From Acinetobacter phage vB_ApiM_fHyAci03: a stretch of 64,000 nucleotides of DNA. The stretch's first letter is position 1, and the number at the start of each line of letters is the position of its first letter. The notes below the pieces were generated by a model. The model did not search any database and was not told the DNA's origin. It worked only from the letters and a program-made list of their open reading frames with translations. Location: sequence record NC_049438.1. One strand, written 5' to 3'. The translations under genes were made by a program, and so were the position numbers. This document shows, piece after piece, positions 1 to 8,602 of this stretch.

Positions 1-540
1 ATCCATAAAATGCACGGCTACTGTTGCACGTTCAAGCTGTTTTTTAATTTTTTGATTTTCCCAATAGCCTGGATTGCTATAGAGTGTTTCTTCTGAAGTT
101 ATTGGGCGCATTGTAATGCTATCAATAGTGTGGATGCCAAATTCACCGAATGGCAGATTATCATCAAGTGCCTCTTTAACCCGAAGAATAGCTTCATATG
201 CCTTTTCATCACCGTGTTTTTCAATAAACTCGTGACCATTAGGATCGATGCCAAACAATGTAATGAAGACCCACGTAGATGTTTCTATGGCCGCACTAAC
301 ATCATCAAATTCACTTCGCGACCATGTGTGAGTAGTTTTTCGTGGCAAATGTAATGAACTTGCTAACGCGTTGATCAATTCCATAAAATTGACTGCACGA
401 CTACCTTTGAATACTTCATTAGGTTCAAAGATCCGATTTGGGAATTCAGGATTAATTCGATGCTCAATATTAATCATATCAGCGTCGTTTTCATCGCCTT
501 CAATTTTAAGAATATGTGTAGGTGCTGCAATATTTGCCAT
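1..540 (-). CDS. hypothetical protein, truncated by window edge (ATG at ~540 on minus; continues past position 1)
   Basis: Manual reverse translation from CAT at 538-540 gives MANIAAPTHILKIEGDEND... with no internal stops to the window edge; no recognisable motif. Confidence 0.35.
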   Translation of the reverse strand, partial: MANIAAPTHILKIEGDENDADMINIEHRINPEFPNRIFEPNEVFKGSRAVNFMELINALASSLHLPRKTTHTWSRSEFDDVSAAIETSTWVFITLFGIDPNGHEFIEKHGDEKAYEAILRVKEALDDNLPFGEFGIHTIDSITMRPITSEETLYSNPGYWENQKIKKQLERATVAVHFMD

Positions 541-570
541 GTCGATTCTCCAAAGGAATATGTGTTTTAA

Positions 571-888
571 TTATACTATATTATCAGGTGTTTGTAAACT
601 AAAATGTTTAATAAAACCTCGAATTGTATCTCGCATTGCATTTTCACGTTCGCGATTTGAGGCACAAACTTTCAAGTACGCATGGTTCATACTAATAACT
701 TGTGCAGCATCTTCTACCGTGTCATATACACCTAACACTGCAGACTTCCAATATTTTGATTGGCGAGATCCGATTTGAACGTCAATTGAATCATCGGCTT
801 CATCTACCACTTTGTATGCCTTGTCTAGCATAAAATTAGGACTAGAATTATAGGCAATTATAACATATTTTCCGACTAAGCTAGACAT
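571..888 (-). CDS. hypothetical protein (105 aa)
   Basis: ORF track; start overlaps upstream gene stop (876/888); no motif recognised. Confidence 0.4.
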   Translation of the reverse strand: MSSLVGKYVIIAYNSSPNFMLDKAYKVVDEADDSIDVQIGSRQSKYWKSAVLGVYDTVEDAAQVISMNHAYLKVCASNRERENAMRDTIRGFIKHFSLQTPDNIV

Positions 889-1175
889 TTTGATTTCTCC
901 GTACGATATTTTGCAATTTCTTCCGCAACAGCTAAGGCTACATCAGAACGCATAGGTCTAACCTCAAGATACGTCGAATATGAGCCTATAACTATTTCAT
1001 ATTCAAGAAGAACTTCACCGTTTAAAATATAACGAGTTATATTTGGCTTGTTAATTTGTTGCTGAGAATGTACTTCAACATTACAAGGGTATCCTTCAGT
1101 GTTCAAAATGAATTTAATTATTGCATTAGACACACAAAGCTCTTGTTCACATATACGCTCAAAGATGCTTAGCAT
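876..1175 (-). CDS. hypothetical protein (99 aa)
   Basis: ORF track; translationally coupled in minus-strand operon. Confidence 0.4.
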   Translation of the reverse strand: MLSIFERICEQELCVSNAIIKFILNTEGYPCNVEVHSQQQINKPNITRYILNGEVLLEYEIVIGSYSTYLEVRPMRSDVALAVAEEIAKYRTEKSKCLA

Positions 1176-1968
1176 TATACACCTCTTTGTTCCAAATTAC
1201 ACCATCACGAAGTACATGATTTGGCAGCATATAGTCAGAGAACCACCAGTCATTATCATACATCGCTTCAATATAGTTATCAATACACTCCTTGTACATC
1301 CAGGATTTCTTATACTCTTTTATCGACAACAGTTTGCGTCGAATTTTAGAGATTTCGCAATGGTGCTTTGCCATTTTGTTGATAATTCGTACAACATGAT
1401 TTCTTGCTACATGGTAACCATGATTGTGTGCAAAGGTATGAATAGGGTCGTACCAATGCACCTTATTTCTTACGTCAGGGTGAGCGATTTTAGGATCATA
1501 CCACTTGTATTGGTTACTCTCTTTATTGAATTTTTCGAGTTTATGCTGGTTAACATGTTTTAAATCTACGTAGTGCGAACATCCCATCTCATAATCGAAA
1601 TGGTAATCAAATTCGACAGGCTCAAGTTCAAAGAACGTGTCATCATTGAAAAATACATCAGATGTGCAGGCATCATAATTAGACTCATCCCATGATGCAT
1701 TAAAAACTGAATAGTCAATAATACTTGGTGCAGAGACTTCTTCAAAATGAAACCATGATCCATGATCAGATACTGCCTTAATCATAGACTTATCAAGCTT
1801 TAAATTATTCTGTTTTGCAAAATCTATGATTTCATCATAGTCTAGCCCGAATGCAGATCCACAACGCAAATTTAACGTATCACATAATGTTTGTGCTTCG
1901 AAATCAGATTTAACAATTGTTACTAAGTCTTTGTGCTGTTCATAATCTTTTAAAAATACAACAAACAT
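1159..1968 (-). CDS. hypothetical His-rich protein (269 aa)
   Basis: ORF track; many His, e.g. HTFAHNHGYHVARNHV, possible metal binding; no family assigned. Confidence 0.45.
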   Translation of the reverse strand: MFVVFLKDYEQHKDLVTIVKSDFEAQTLCDTLNLRCGSAFGLDYDEIIDFAKQNNLKLDKSMIKAVSDHGSWFHFEEVSAPSIIDYSVFNASWDESNYDACTSDVFFNDDTFFELEPVEFDYHFDYEMGCSHYVDLKHVNQHKLEKFNKESNQYKWYDPKIAHPDVRNKVHWYDPIHTFAHNHGYHVARNHVVRIINKMAKHHCEISKIRRKLLSIKEYKKSWMYKECIDNYIEAMYDNDWWFSDYMLPNHVLRDGVIWNKEVYNAKHL

Positions 1969-1994
1969 CTTAAACCTCCATGGTATAGAGCCTA

Positions 1995-2420
1995 TTATAC
2001 AAAATGATAGTATGCTTGTAAACAGTTATGTATGTCAATTTGTCCAGAAGTCAATTTCATGACATGACGCACCCATTCATTTTGTGTGTAACGCCCAGGG
2101 TAGTCATTCCATTGTGTACAATATTCGATTATCTGATCTGCATGAATTCCACATGTCTGATATCCTATATCGCTTTCAATTGTTGCAATTGCAGTTTCTA
2201 ACGGCAAATGTTTAACTTTATTATATGTTGGAAATGAAATCATACCCCATTTATACATTTCTGATACTGATTTTGGTGTTGTACGAATTCTGCTATCTAC
2301 GCCTTTCATATTTTTACTCACTAGATTAGGCTCATTAGAGCCTAAGTTAAACATTAAGGAATTAACGAAGTTGTGTAACTTCAGCAATTTCTTTCCAGTT
2401 TTGTTCATCAGTTTTAACAA
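1995..2420 (-). CDS. hypothetical protein (141 aa by track; true start may be an internal Met to avoid a 58-nt overlap)
   Basis: ORF track; overlaps 3' end of the AAA ATPase gene. Confidence 0.3.
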   Translation of the reverse strand: MLKLMNKTGKKLLKLHNFVNSLMFNLGSNEPNLVSKNMKGVDSRIRTTPKSVSEMYKWGMISFPTYNKVKHLPLETAIATIESDIGYQTCGIHADQIIEYCTQWNDYPGRYTQNEWVRHVMKLTSGQIDIHNCLQAYYHFV

Positions 2421-3369
2421 AACTTGCTAAATATAATGCTGTACGTAATGATACATTACGAAGTCTTGAAATGTTATCCTTCATCCATTCTAAAATTTGT
2501 TTAGTTTCAGATTCAAGCAATCCAGCTTTGAACATCATATCAGTGTTTAAAATAACATCTTCAACACGGACCATGATTTCTTCGTTGGTGTGAACTCCAA
2601 GATCTAAGTAAACTGAACGAGATACTAAAGCATCAAGATGTGGTGCTAATTTTGATCCACGATCAATTTCACGATCGATATCAGTGTTAGTAATGAAAAC
2701 GATTGTACCTTCAAATTCAAATTCTTGTGGAATTTCTTTTTCTTCAAGATAAGATGATGCAGTCGTCCAACAAACTTTACGAGTTTCGGAAGTATCTAAT
2801 GCAGCTTTCAAAAGGTTAAGAGAATCTTCGGATGAGAAAACATCTACATCGTCTAAAACTAATACACTGTTTGGTCCCGAGCATTCATACAGTTTACAGA
2901 ACATACCAATTGGAGACATTTTACCGTTTACGATTGTATACTCGATTTTACCTTCAGCGTCAGCTTTTTCTAAGTCACGATTTAACGTGTATGTCTTGCC
3001 AATGCCTGGTGCACCTGAGATAATGAGTGAACGAATAGATTTATTAATTAACCCTTTAGTCATAATATCCATAACTGAAAAGCGTTTATTAATTCGTGCT
3101 TTCATTTCTTCAACTGATTCAGCAACATATTGAGCAGCAAGTGGAGATTCAACTTTCATTGTTTTTGGAAGTTGTCCTTCGATTGAGTAATCACCGTGAT
3201 AAACCCAAATTCCACGTTGTTTACCATTAAAATTAATAATGACTTTACCATCGCCAAATTGACTGTCATAATCATTTAGTTCTGCAGGGAACCAAGTATT
3301 GATTAATTCGAACGTACCATGAAATTCATTTCCACGATAAATTCCTTTGTTGATAGTAACTGTAGCCAT
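2362..3369 (-). CDS. AAA+/P-loop ATPase with unassigned ~100-aa N-terminal domain
   Basis: Walker A GAPGIGKT, Walker B VLVLDDVD, sensor-like FITNT; 335 aa. Confidence 0.6.
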   Translation of the reverse strand: MATVTINKGIYRGNEFHGTFELINTWFPAELNDYDSQFGDGKVIINFNGKQRGIWVYHGDYSIEGQLPKTMKVESPLAAQYVAESVEEMKARINKRFSVMDIMTKGLINKSIRSLIISGAPGIGKTYTLNRDLEKADAEGKIEYTIVNGKMSPIGMFCKLYECSGPNSVLVLDDVDVFSSEDSLNLLKAALDTSETRKVCWTTASSYLEEKEIPQEFEFEGTIVFITNTDIDREIDRGSKLAPHLDALVSRSVYLDLGVHTNEEIMVRVEDVILNTDMMFKAGLLESETKQILEWMKDNISRLRNVSLRTALYLASFVKTDEQNWKEIAEVTQLR

Positions 3370-3469
3370 AATATTTTACTCAATGAAGTATTTGATTTGA
3401 TATGTCTATTATACCATAAAGTGTAATAGGCGTAAACATTTATTGAAAAATATTTACGCCTATTTGTTG

Positions 3470-3751
3470 TTATTTTGCAAATAGCGCGATGAGAGCTAGG
3501 CCTAGAACTATCCATCCGAGCAACTCGATGATTGAACTAAGGCGATAGACTGACACATTTTGAGTGTCTTCTCTAGGCCAAGTTGCTTGCAATGCAAAGT
3601 TATTTTCACCACGTAATGTACTCAAAGAGAATTCATGGTCTCCGCTTTTGAGCCATAGTGTATCAACTGAACGAACTTTACGAATAGCGACAATTTTTGC
3701 AAATCGCATTAATGGCACTATTAAAACAGTTTCACCGACTTTATATTTCAT
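3470..3751 (-). CDS. small protein with C-terminal transmembrane anchor (93 aa)
   Basis: ORF track; C-terminal hydrophobic stretch LLGWIVLGLALIALFAK. Confidence 0.35.
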   Translation of the reverse strand: MKYKVGETVLIVPLMRFAKIVAIRKVRSVDTLWLKSGDHEFSLSTLRGENNFALQATWPREDTQNVSVYRLSSIIELLGWIVLGLALIALFAK

Positions 3752-3755
3752 ATTA

Positions 3756-3962
3756 TTACTCCAATGGATATAATTTCAATAAGAAGTCACGAAGTAAAAT
3801 TTGTTCACGAACAGTCAAAACTAAGCCTTCATATTCGTCTACACAATCAATGTACAAATCCTTGTTAGGAAGAACTTCTACAATTGTGTCACAAAATTCA
3901 CCTGTTTCTTTTTCTTCAGGCGTTTGTTCGATGATCCAACGGTTCTCGGCGATTTGTTTCAT
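3756..3962 (-). CDS. hypothetical acidic protein (68 aa)
   Basis: ORF track; start overlaps upstream stop (3959/3962). Confidence 0.3.
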   Translation of the reverse strand: MKQIAENRWIIEQTPEEKETGEFCDTIVEVLPNKDLYIDCVDEYEGLVLTVREQILLRDFLLKLYPLE

Positions 3963-4534
3963 AGTTTCAATCCCATTTTAACTTGATCTTTGTACACATC
4001 AAAAATAAATTTATCCCAAAACTCTTTGTCGACACTAGATCGCATGCCATTCTTGGCAGCTTCGGCTGATAATTTATCAACATCACTGATAAGGTCTTCA
4101 AGAATTGTGGAAACCTCTTTAAACTCAAGTTTGCCTAATTTAATATCCATTAGCAATTCACGATCTTTTAATGGGTATTTAAGGTCACCAGTCTTATAGA
4201 TCTCTTGTAATTGTAATCCACCTCGAATCGCATGATGCATTGCTTTCCAGTCGATGCCGTTATTTAATTCAGCCTGACGTGCACGTTCACCATACTTATC
4301 CCACTCGGTAGCAATTTTCCGCTTGAGTTCTGACATTTTAATAGTGAGTTGGTGCTTTACACCCATGACATTGTAGAATGTTGATCCAGTTTTAGGATCT
4401 GTTTCAATTTTGCAATATTCATTGATAGGTAATGCATCCACAAAATCTGCAACACGATAATCTCTAGTTCTAGAAATATATCGATCTGGGTAGAACGTCA
4501 CATCAGTAATATCAATGTTATGCTGAGTAGGCAA
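3959..4534 (-). CDS. hypothetical protein (191 aa), encoded immediately downstream of the minimal nucleotidyltransferase
   Basis: ORF track; 21-nt spacer to the NTase gene on the same strand; no HEPN Rx4-6H motif evident. Confidence 0.45.
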   Translation of the reverse strand: MPTQHNIDITDVTFYPDRYISRTRDYRVADFVDALPINEYCKIETDPKTGSTFYNVMGVKHQLTIKMSELKRKIATEWDKYGERARQAELNNGIDWKAMHHAIRGGLQLQEIYKTGDLKYPLKDRELLMDIKLGKLEFKEVSTILEDLISDVDKLSAEAAKNGMRSSVDKEFWDKFIFDVYKDQVKMGLKL

Positions 4535-4555
4535 GTCTTTAATAGCATCATGAAC

Positions 4556-4999
4556 TTAGCGAAGTGCCGCCATTCGAGTACCTTTGATGCCATATTTTGC
4601 CGCTTGCTTTTTGACATAGCCTAAATATGCTTTCATGTCGGTAGTATAGAACATTGAACGATTCGCAACAATAAAGTCCCATGGCTCTATGAAATCGTAA
4701 TCGACAATAAACTCTGGTGGTGTATGGAGCATGTCTAATGCAATAGTTTCACCTTTAATTGCAAGTTCAATGAAATATTTCAATGAGTACATTTCCACAT
4801 CAACATCGTCTGCAGTATTTTTGGTGTGGCTGTTGTTTGTGTTCTTATTATAGTGAGACAATGCGTTGCCCATAATGATACTTTTTGCATCAGGGATAAA
4901 GATGCCTTTGATGTCTAAATCGCTTGTTGGCGTAGATGTACCATACAACTTAGATCCAAACACACATTGCATAACTAAACGTTCTTTCATAATATTCAT
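4556..4999 (-). CDS. minimal nucleotidyltransferase (pol-beta superfamily fold)
   Basis: hG[GS] ... DhDh motif: VFGSKLYGTSTPTSDLDIKGIF, third acidic cluster DDVDVE; 147 aa. Confidence 0.6.
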   Translation of the reverse strand: MNIMKERLVMQCVFGSKLYGTSTPTSDLDIKGIFIPDAKSIIMGNALSHYNKNTNNSHTKNTADDVDVEMYSLKYFIELAIKGETIALDMLHTPPEFIVDYDFIEPWDFIVANRSMFYTTDMKAYLGYVKKQAAKYGIKGTRMAALR

Positions 5000-5064
5000 C
5001 TCATTGATCAGATAGTGGTATTATAATATCATAATTCATTAAAGTAAACAATTAAATGCACAAA

Positions 5065-5095
5065 AGGAGAACAATGTCCTCCTTTTATTTTAGAT
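5065..5095. terminator. hairpin aaggag-N9-ctcctt followed by T-run; bidirectional terminator candidate
   Basis: Inverted repeat plus ttatttt, between the 89-aa ORF and the NTase operon promoter; coordinates +-2. Confidence 0.4.
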
Positions 5096-5359
5096 TGATT
5101 CACGTAAATCAGCCATCCAGGCTCCACCGTCATATTCAAGTTCGAATGGCAATGGTGCACTAAAATCCAATTCATTTGTGAAAGTTTTGACAGAAACTTC
5201 AACTGTAGTGCTATCAGGCCAAATGAATTTTGCAACAGGTACTTTGAAAAATGTCTGTGTTTTTATTTCAGCTTTAAACTGAACTCGTTCACCATTTACC
5301 CAATAGTACTTTGTGTGTTTAAGAAGGTTTGAGTTTGACATGTTAGTCCTTAAAGTCAA
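5090..5359 (-). CDS. hypothetical protein (89 aa)
   Basis: ORF track; start overlaps upstream stop (5343/5359). Confidence 0.4.
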   Translation of the reverse strand: MTLRTNMSNSNLLKHTKYYWVNGERVQFKAEIKTQTFFKVPVAKFIWPDSTTVEVSVKTFTNELDFSAPLPFELEYDGGAWMADLRESI

Positions 5360-5804
5360 GTTGTTGACATATTTTTGAATGTTTCGCCTTGAGGTAATTG
5401 AATATCAATGAAGACGATTTATATTCATCAGAAGAACGCTTACGAAGCATGTTATTGATATATGATGCGCCTTCAGCCACGCCAAAGACTCCACCGAGCG
5501 CTATAGCAAATATACCAGCAATAGTCATTGCACCTAAAGGAATTGCTACAATATTTACCCAAATGATATTTGTGTACCACTCAGGTCCTGCAATAACAGC
5601 TAAATGAGTTATTGGCTCAGACAAAATGAATACTGATAGGCCAACCAGTCTGCATACAGCAACTATAAACAATGACACTATGCTGAATAATGATAATTTT
5701 ATCAAAAGCGTTCTAACATATCCGCAAAGATTGTCTGGAACACGCCCGTTTGAACTAGACCAGCGCAAGAATCGATAATGCCATGATGATTTGTTAATTT
5801 CCAT
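5343..5804 (-). CDS. integral membrane protein (about 4 TM helices, 153 aa)
   Basis: Long hydrophobic segments, e.g. LFSIVSLFIVAVCRLVGLSVFIL and IAGIFAIALGGVFGVA. Confidence 0.5.
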   Translation of the reverse strand: MEINKSSWHYRFLRWSSSNGRVPDNLCGYVRTLLIKLSLFSIVSLFIVAVCRLVGLSVFILSEPITHLAVIAGPEWYTNIIWVNIVAIPLGAMTIAGIFAIALGGVFGVAEGASYINNMLRKRSSDEYKSSSLIFNYLKAKHSKICQQLDFKD

Positions 5805-5809
5805 AATAA

Positions 5810-6076
5810 TTACCTCAATTGTGAATCTTTATTACCACGACGATTGTAGTAAGATTGATGATTTGTGTCATGTGATGATTGGCATGTTACACAAAATTGT
5901 ACACCTTTAACAAACAAACGGCGCTTTTCTGGAATCTCGTCTCCGCAATCGTCGCAAAACTTGTTTGATTCTCGTTTTGCTTGAAGTTCAAGTTCCAATC
6001 TAGCCCAGTCAACTGCATCGTCAATTGTTGCTTTATTAGTTTCAAAAACCGGATCGTTAGGACCCCAGCCGTTCAT
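5810..6076 (-). CDS. TraR/DksA-family C4 zinc-finger protein (88 aa)
   Basis: CDDCGDEIPEKRRLFVKGVQFCVTCQ matches the CxxC-x17-CxxC DksA/TraR finger. Confidence 0.6.
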   Translation of the reverse strand: MNGWGPNDPVFETNKATIDDAVDWARLELELQAKRESNKFCDDCGDEIPEKRRLFVKGVQFCVTCQSSHDTNHQSYYNRRGNKDSQLR

Positions 6077-6137
6077 TTTAATTTACTCATATTGGTTGAT
6101 ACAGTGCAATTATATACACTGTATCATGTTATGTAAA

Positions 6138-6416
6138 CTACTTTTTAGCTTTAATTTCAATATTTTTCTCCTTTGCGTATTGTCGCCCGATTACATAGCC
6201 AACATGTGTGCAATCTCTTGAGCATTCAGATTTATTCCATCTGTCTTGTATAAACGTGTAAAAACGTTCGGACTCTTGCTTAGAAGGCGTTTTGAATTGA
6301 GAGTAAACTATCAATGCTCCTTCAACAAATTTATCAAAATCTTTATCTTCTTCAGCGGCAAGACACTGTTGGATACTGCATCCAACTAGCATAGCAAAGA
6401 GTAAAACTGTCTTCAT
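6138..6416 (-). CDS. small lipoprotein (92 aa)
   Basis: Signal peptide with lipobox MKTVLLFAMLVGC; stop/start overlap with next gene. Confidence 0.5.
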   Translation of the reverse strand: MKTVLLFAMLVGCSIQQCLAAEEDKDFDKFVEGALIVYSQFKTPSKQESERFYTFIQDRWNKSECSRDCTHVGYVIGRQYAKEKNIEIKAKK

Positions 6417-6712
6417 TGATACTCTCCTCTATGAGGATTTAGCTGTAGACATGTTTCCATGAATCTACTATCAAAATTATCATTGATCCAGCCTAGTTTT
6501 GTTACATTATTGTTATTCACGGTTGACACATATTCATCTCTAATTTCTTTAAGGATTGCACGATTTGGACAAACTGACGATTTGTATACACGATATGAAA
6601 ACGCCAATGAGTCCACTTCATGCTCATACTTTTTAATTTTTATTGCAGGAATGTAATAAATTCCTGCCCCTAATAAAATTAGAGATGATGCTATTAACAC
6701 CATCTTTTTCAT
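6413..6712 (-). CDS. membrane-anchored/secreted protein (99 aa)
   Basis: N-terminal hydrophobic MKKMVLIASSLILLGAGIYYI; translational coupling (6712 ATGA overlap). Confidence 0.45.
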   Translation of the reverse strand: MKKMVLIASSLILLGAGIYYIPAIKIKKYEHEVDSLAFSYRVYKSSVCPNRAILKEIRDEYVSTVNNNNVTKLGWINDNFDSRFMETCLQLNPHRGEYQ

Positions 6713-7137
6713 TATTCTGTCTCTGGTAAGGCGCCGCCATTTTCAAATTTGTATGTAACATAATCATTAGATGTGTTCCAAACTCTGAAAAATATAGGGC
6801 GTTTGCAATCTAAAAATATATTATCTAGTTGGTCTTTAGAAGAAATATCAACTAGAGCGGGACCTGCAATTGCACCAAGTGTATTAATTCCACAAGTTCT
6901 CATATTGAACATACCATATGGGATAGTAGTTCTAATTCCATTTGATCCTATGAATGAGATACCAAATGAATCGGTTTCTTTATCATAGCTAATCTCAGCG
7001 AAAGGAGGCAAAAGCGGAGTTCTGGACTGGTCAATCCGTGTACCGTATATTGTAAAGATTGATGGTGTCAATTGTTCCCAAGCTGCTGCAAAGGGACTTA
7101 CTAAAAGTAGGCTTAACAACGCAGCTTTTAGTTTCAT
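6712..7137 (-). CDS. secreted protein (141 aa)
   Basis: Signal peptide MKLKAALLSLLLVSPFAAA followed by WEQ. Confidence 0.5.
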   Translation of the reverse strand: MKLKAALLSLLLVSPFAAAWEQLTPSIFTIYGTRIDQSRTPLLPPFAEISYDKETDSFGISFIGSNGIRTTIPYGMFNMRTCGINTLGAIAGPALVDISSKDQLDNIFLDCKRPIFFRVWNTSNDYVTYKFENGGALPETE

Positions 7138-7463
7138 CTATCTAATAGTCCTGTTATATATTTTAGCATTAATTGATTTTTGTAATTTTCGCACATGACT
7201 TTATCTTCAGCATGTTCACATAATGAATCAAGAGATCTAGATTTTCTATTAATTAATGTACCAATAGATGCTCGTCGATCCCGTTCATTTAATCCCATAA
7301 AATACATGCCATCGAGTTGCATTGAAACTATGTCAATACATTCTGCATTAGATGAACATACTAAGCTTGCTGCCTTTGACGTGCGTCTGTCTTCTACTGA
7401 AGCGTTTGTCAAAATAGGTGCAACTAGTGCACCTGTAATAACAATGAGTTTTAATAACTTCAT
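7134..7463 (-). CDS. secreted Cys-containing protein (109 aa)
   Basis: Signal peptide MKLLKLIVITGALVAPILTNA; 4 Cys in the mature part. Confidence 0.5.
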   Translation of the reverse strand: MKLLKLIVITGALVAPILTNASVEDRRTSKAASLVCSSNAECIDIVSMQLDGMYFMGLNERDRRASIGTLINRKSRSLDSLCEHAEDKVMCENYKNQLMLKYITGLLDR

Positions 7464-7984
7464 TATTCAACCTTTAGAACATTGTTATCCTTAAGATAAT
7501 TTGCTTTCTTAAGTACATTCCGAGAATATAATGCTCCTCTTTGATGTTTCCAACCCGCATTATATGATGCTAATGCTCGATTGATATCCCCGTTATGTAC
7601 CTTTAGCCAAGATTGCATCTCGACTCTAGCCCAGTGGGCTGAAACATTAGGATTTTGAAGCTCCTTTGTAATTTGAGCTCGACTTTTTTGTATGCCATTT
7701 TGGGCCATACGTGATTTTACAGTCGTGACCAAATTTTGATATTGGCCAGCTGCATGTTTGCCTGTTCCGCAGTTGATTCCTGCACTAGTCTCTTGCCAAA
7801 TGATGGCAGCCATAATGTATCCAAAATCAACTCGTGAACCGTTAAACTTTAGTGGTTGAGAGCGGCCGTATTTATAGGCCTTTTGCATGTTTTTGATTTG
7901 AACTTCGCTAAAGTTGTATTTGGCGAAGATCGTGGGCGATACCATTAACGTGATTGAAAGTAATAATAACTTTAAGTATTTCAT
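7463..7984 (-). CDS. secreted lysozyme-like / lytic transglycosylase-like protein (173 aa)
   Basis: Signal peptide MKYLKLLLLSITLMVSPTIFA; IWQETSAGINCGTGKHAAGQYQ resembles the SLT/GEWL ES...GAxGLMQ catalytic block. Confidence 0.4.
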   Translation of the reverse strand: MKYLKLLLLSITLMVSPTIFAKYNFSEVQIKNMQKAYKYGRSQPLKFNGSRVDFGYIMAAIIWQETSAGINCGTGKHAAGQYQNLVTTVKSRMAQNGIQKSRAQITKELQNPNVSAHWARVEMQSWLKVHNGDINRALASYNAGWKHQRGALYSRNVLKKANYLKDNNVLKVE

Positions 7985-8103
7985 AGGGGTCTCCTGCTGA
8001 TTTCAGCTTCGTTTCATTTACGCTACGCGCATCCTTCTAATTAGTTGATAAAAATATTTATACCATGATCAACTTTTGACTATTATAACATACAATACAC
8101 AAA

Positions 8104-8132
8104 AAGGACATCAAAAATGTCCTTTATTTTTT
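8104..8132. terminator. rho-independent terminator hairpin aaggacat-caaaa-atgtcctt plus T-run (bidirectional)
   Basis: Perfect 8-bp stem with T-runs on both strands; lies between convergent or tandem gene ends. Confidence 0.5.
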
Positions 8133-8227
8133 GCCCTTTTCTTGCCTTCCATCATCCTAGAATACCAAAACTTATAGAACTCTGGGTCCTTGAGTTTCTC
8201 TTGAAAGACTTTAGATGCTTTGCGATT

Positions 8228-8548
8228 TCATTCTAAAATAAACTCTTTGCTGTTAGTAGCATTGACATAATCAAATCCGCCATGGCCTCCGAGTTTAATA
8301 TTGTACGACTTTTTGTTTAATACCAAATCGGCATTGACTAACTCCTTTTCATGCTCATACATTTCTTCTTGTGAATCGTGAAATTTAAGAATTTGTTTTT
8401 CAAATTTATCTGCACCGTACTTCTTTATGGCATGTTTAAGAGCCGTACCAGAGCCCATATAGCCATCATTTAAATTAGATGTCTTGTGGGCTCCGATATA
8501 AAAATGACCATTAACTTTGTTAGTGATCTTGTATGTGTAATAATACAT
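8228..8548 (-). CDS. GIY-YIG nuclease domain protein (106 aa; catalytic domain only, Seg-like remnant or minimal form)
   Basis: MYYYTYKITNKVNGHFYIGAHKT...GYMGSG is a GIY-YIG motif; no DNA-binding C-terminal domain. Confidence 0.65.
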   Translation of the reverse strand: MYYYTYKITNKVNGHFYIGAHKTSNLNDGYMGSGTALKHAIKKYGADKFEKQILKFHDSQEEMYEHEKELVNADLVLNKKSYNIKLGGHGGFDYVNATNSKEFILE

Positions 8549-8602
8549 CTTTCCACTTTACAAAATACCACGATAGTAATATTTAATAAAGTAGGAATAT
8601 TG

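Noticed and set aside
5029-5235. 68-aa ORF overlapping ORF 5090..5359 in another frame
   Set aside because: Its sequence is low-information compared with the overlapping 89-aa ORF, and the 89-aa ORF's start (5359) overlaps the stop (5343) of the upstream gene 5343..5804
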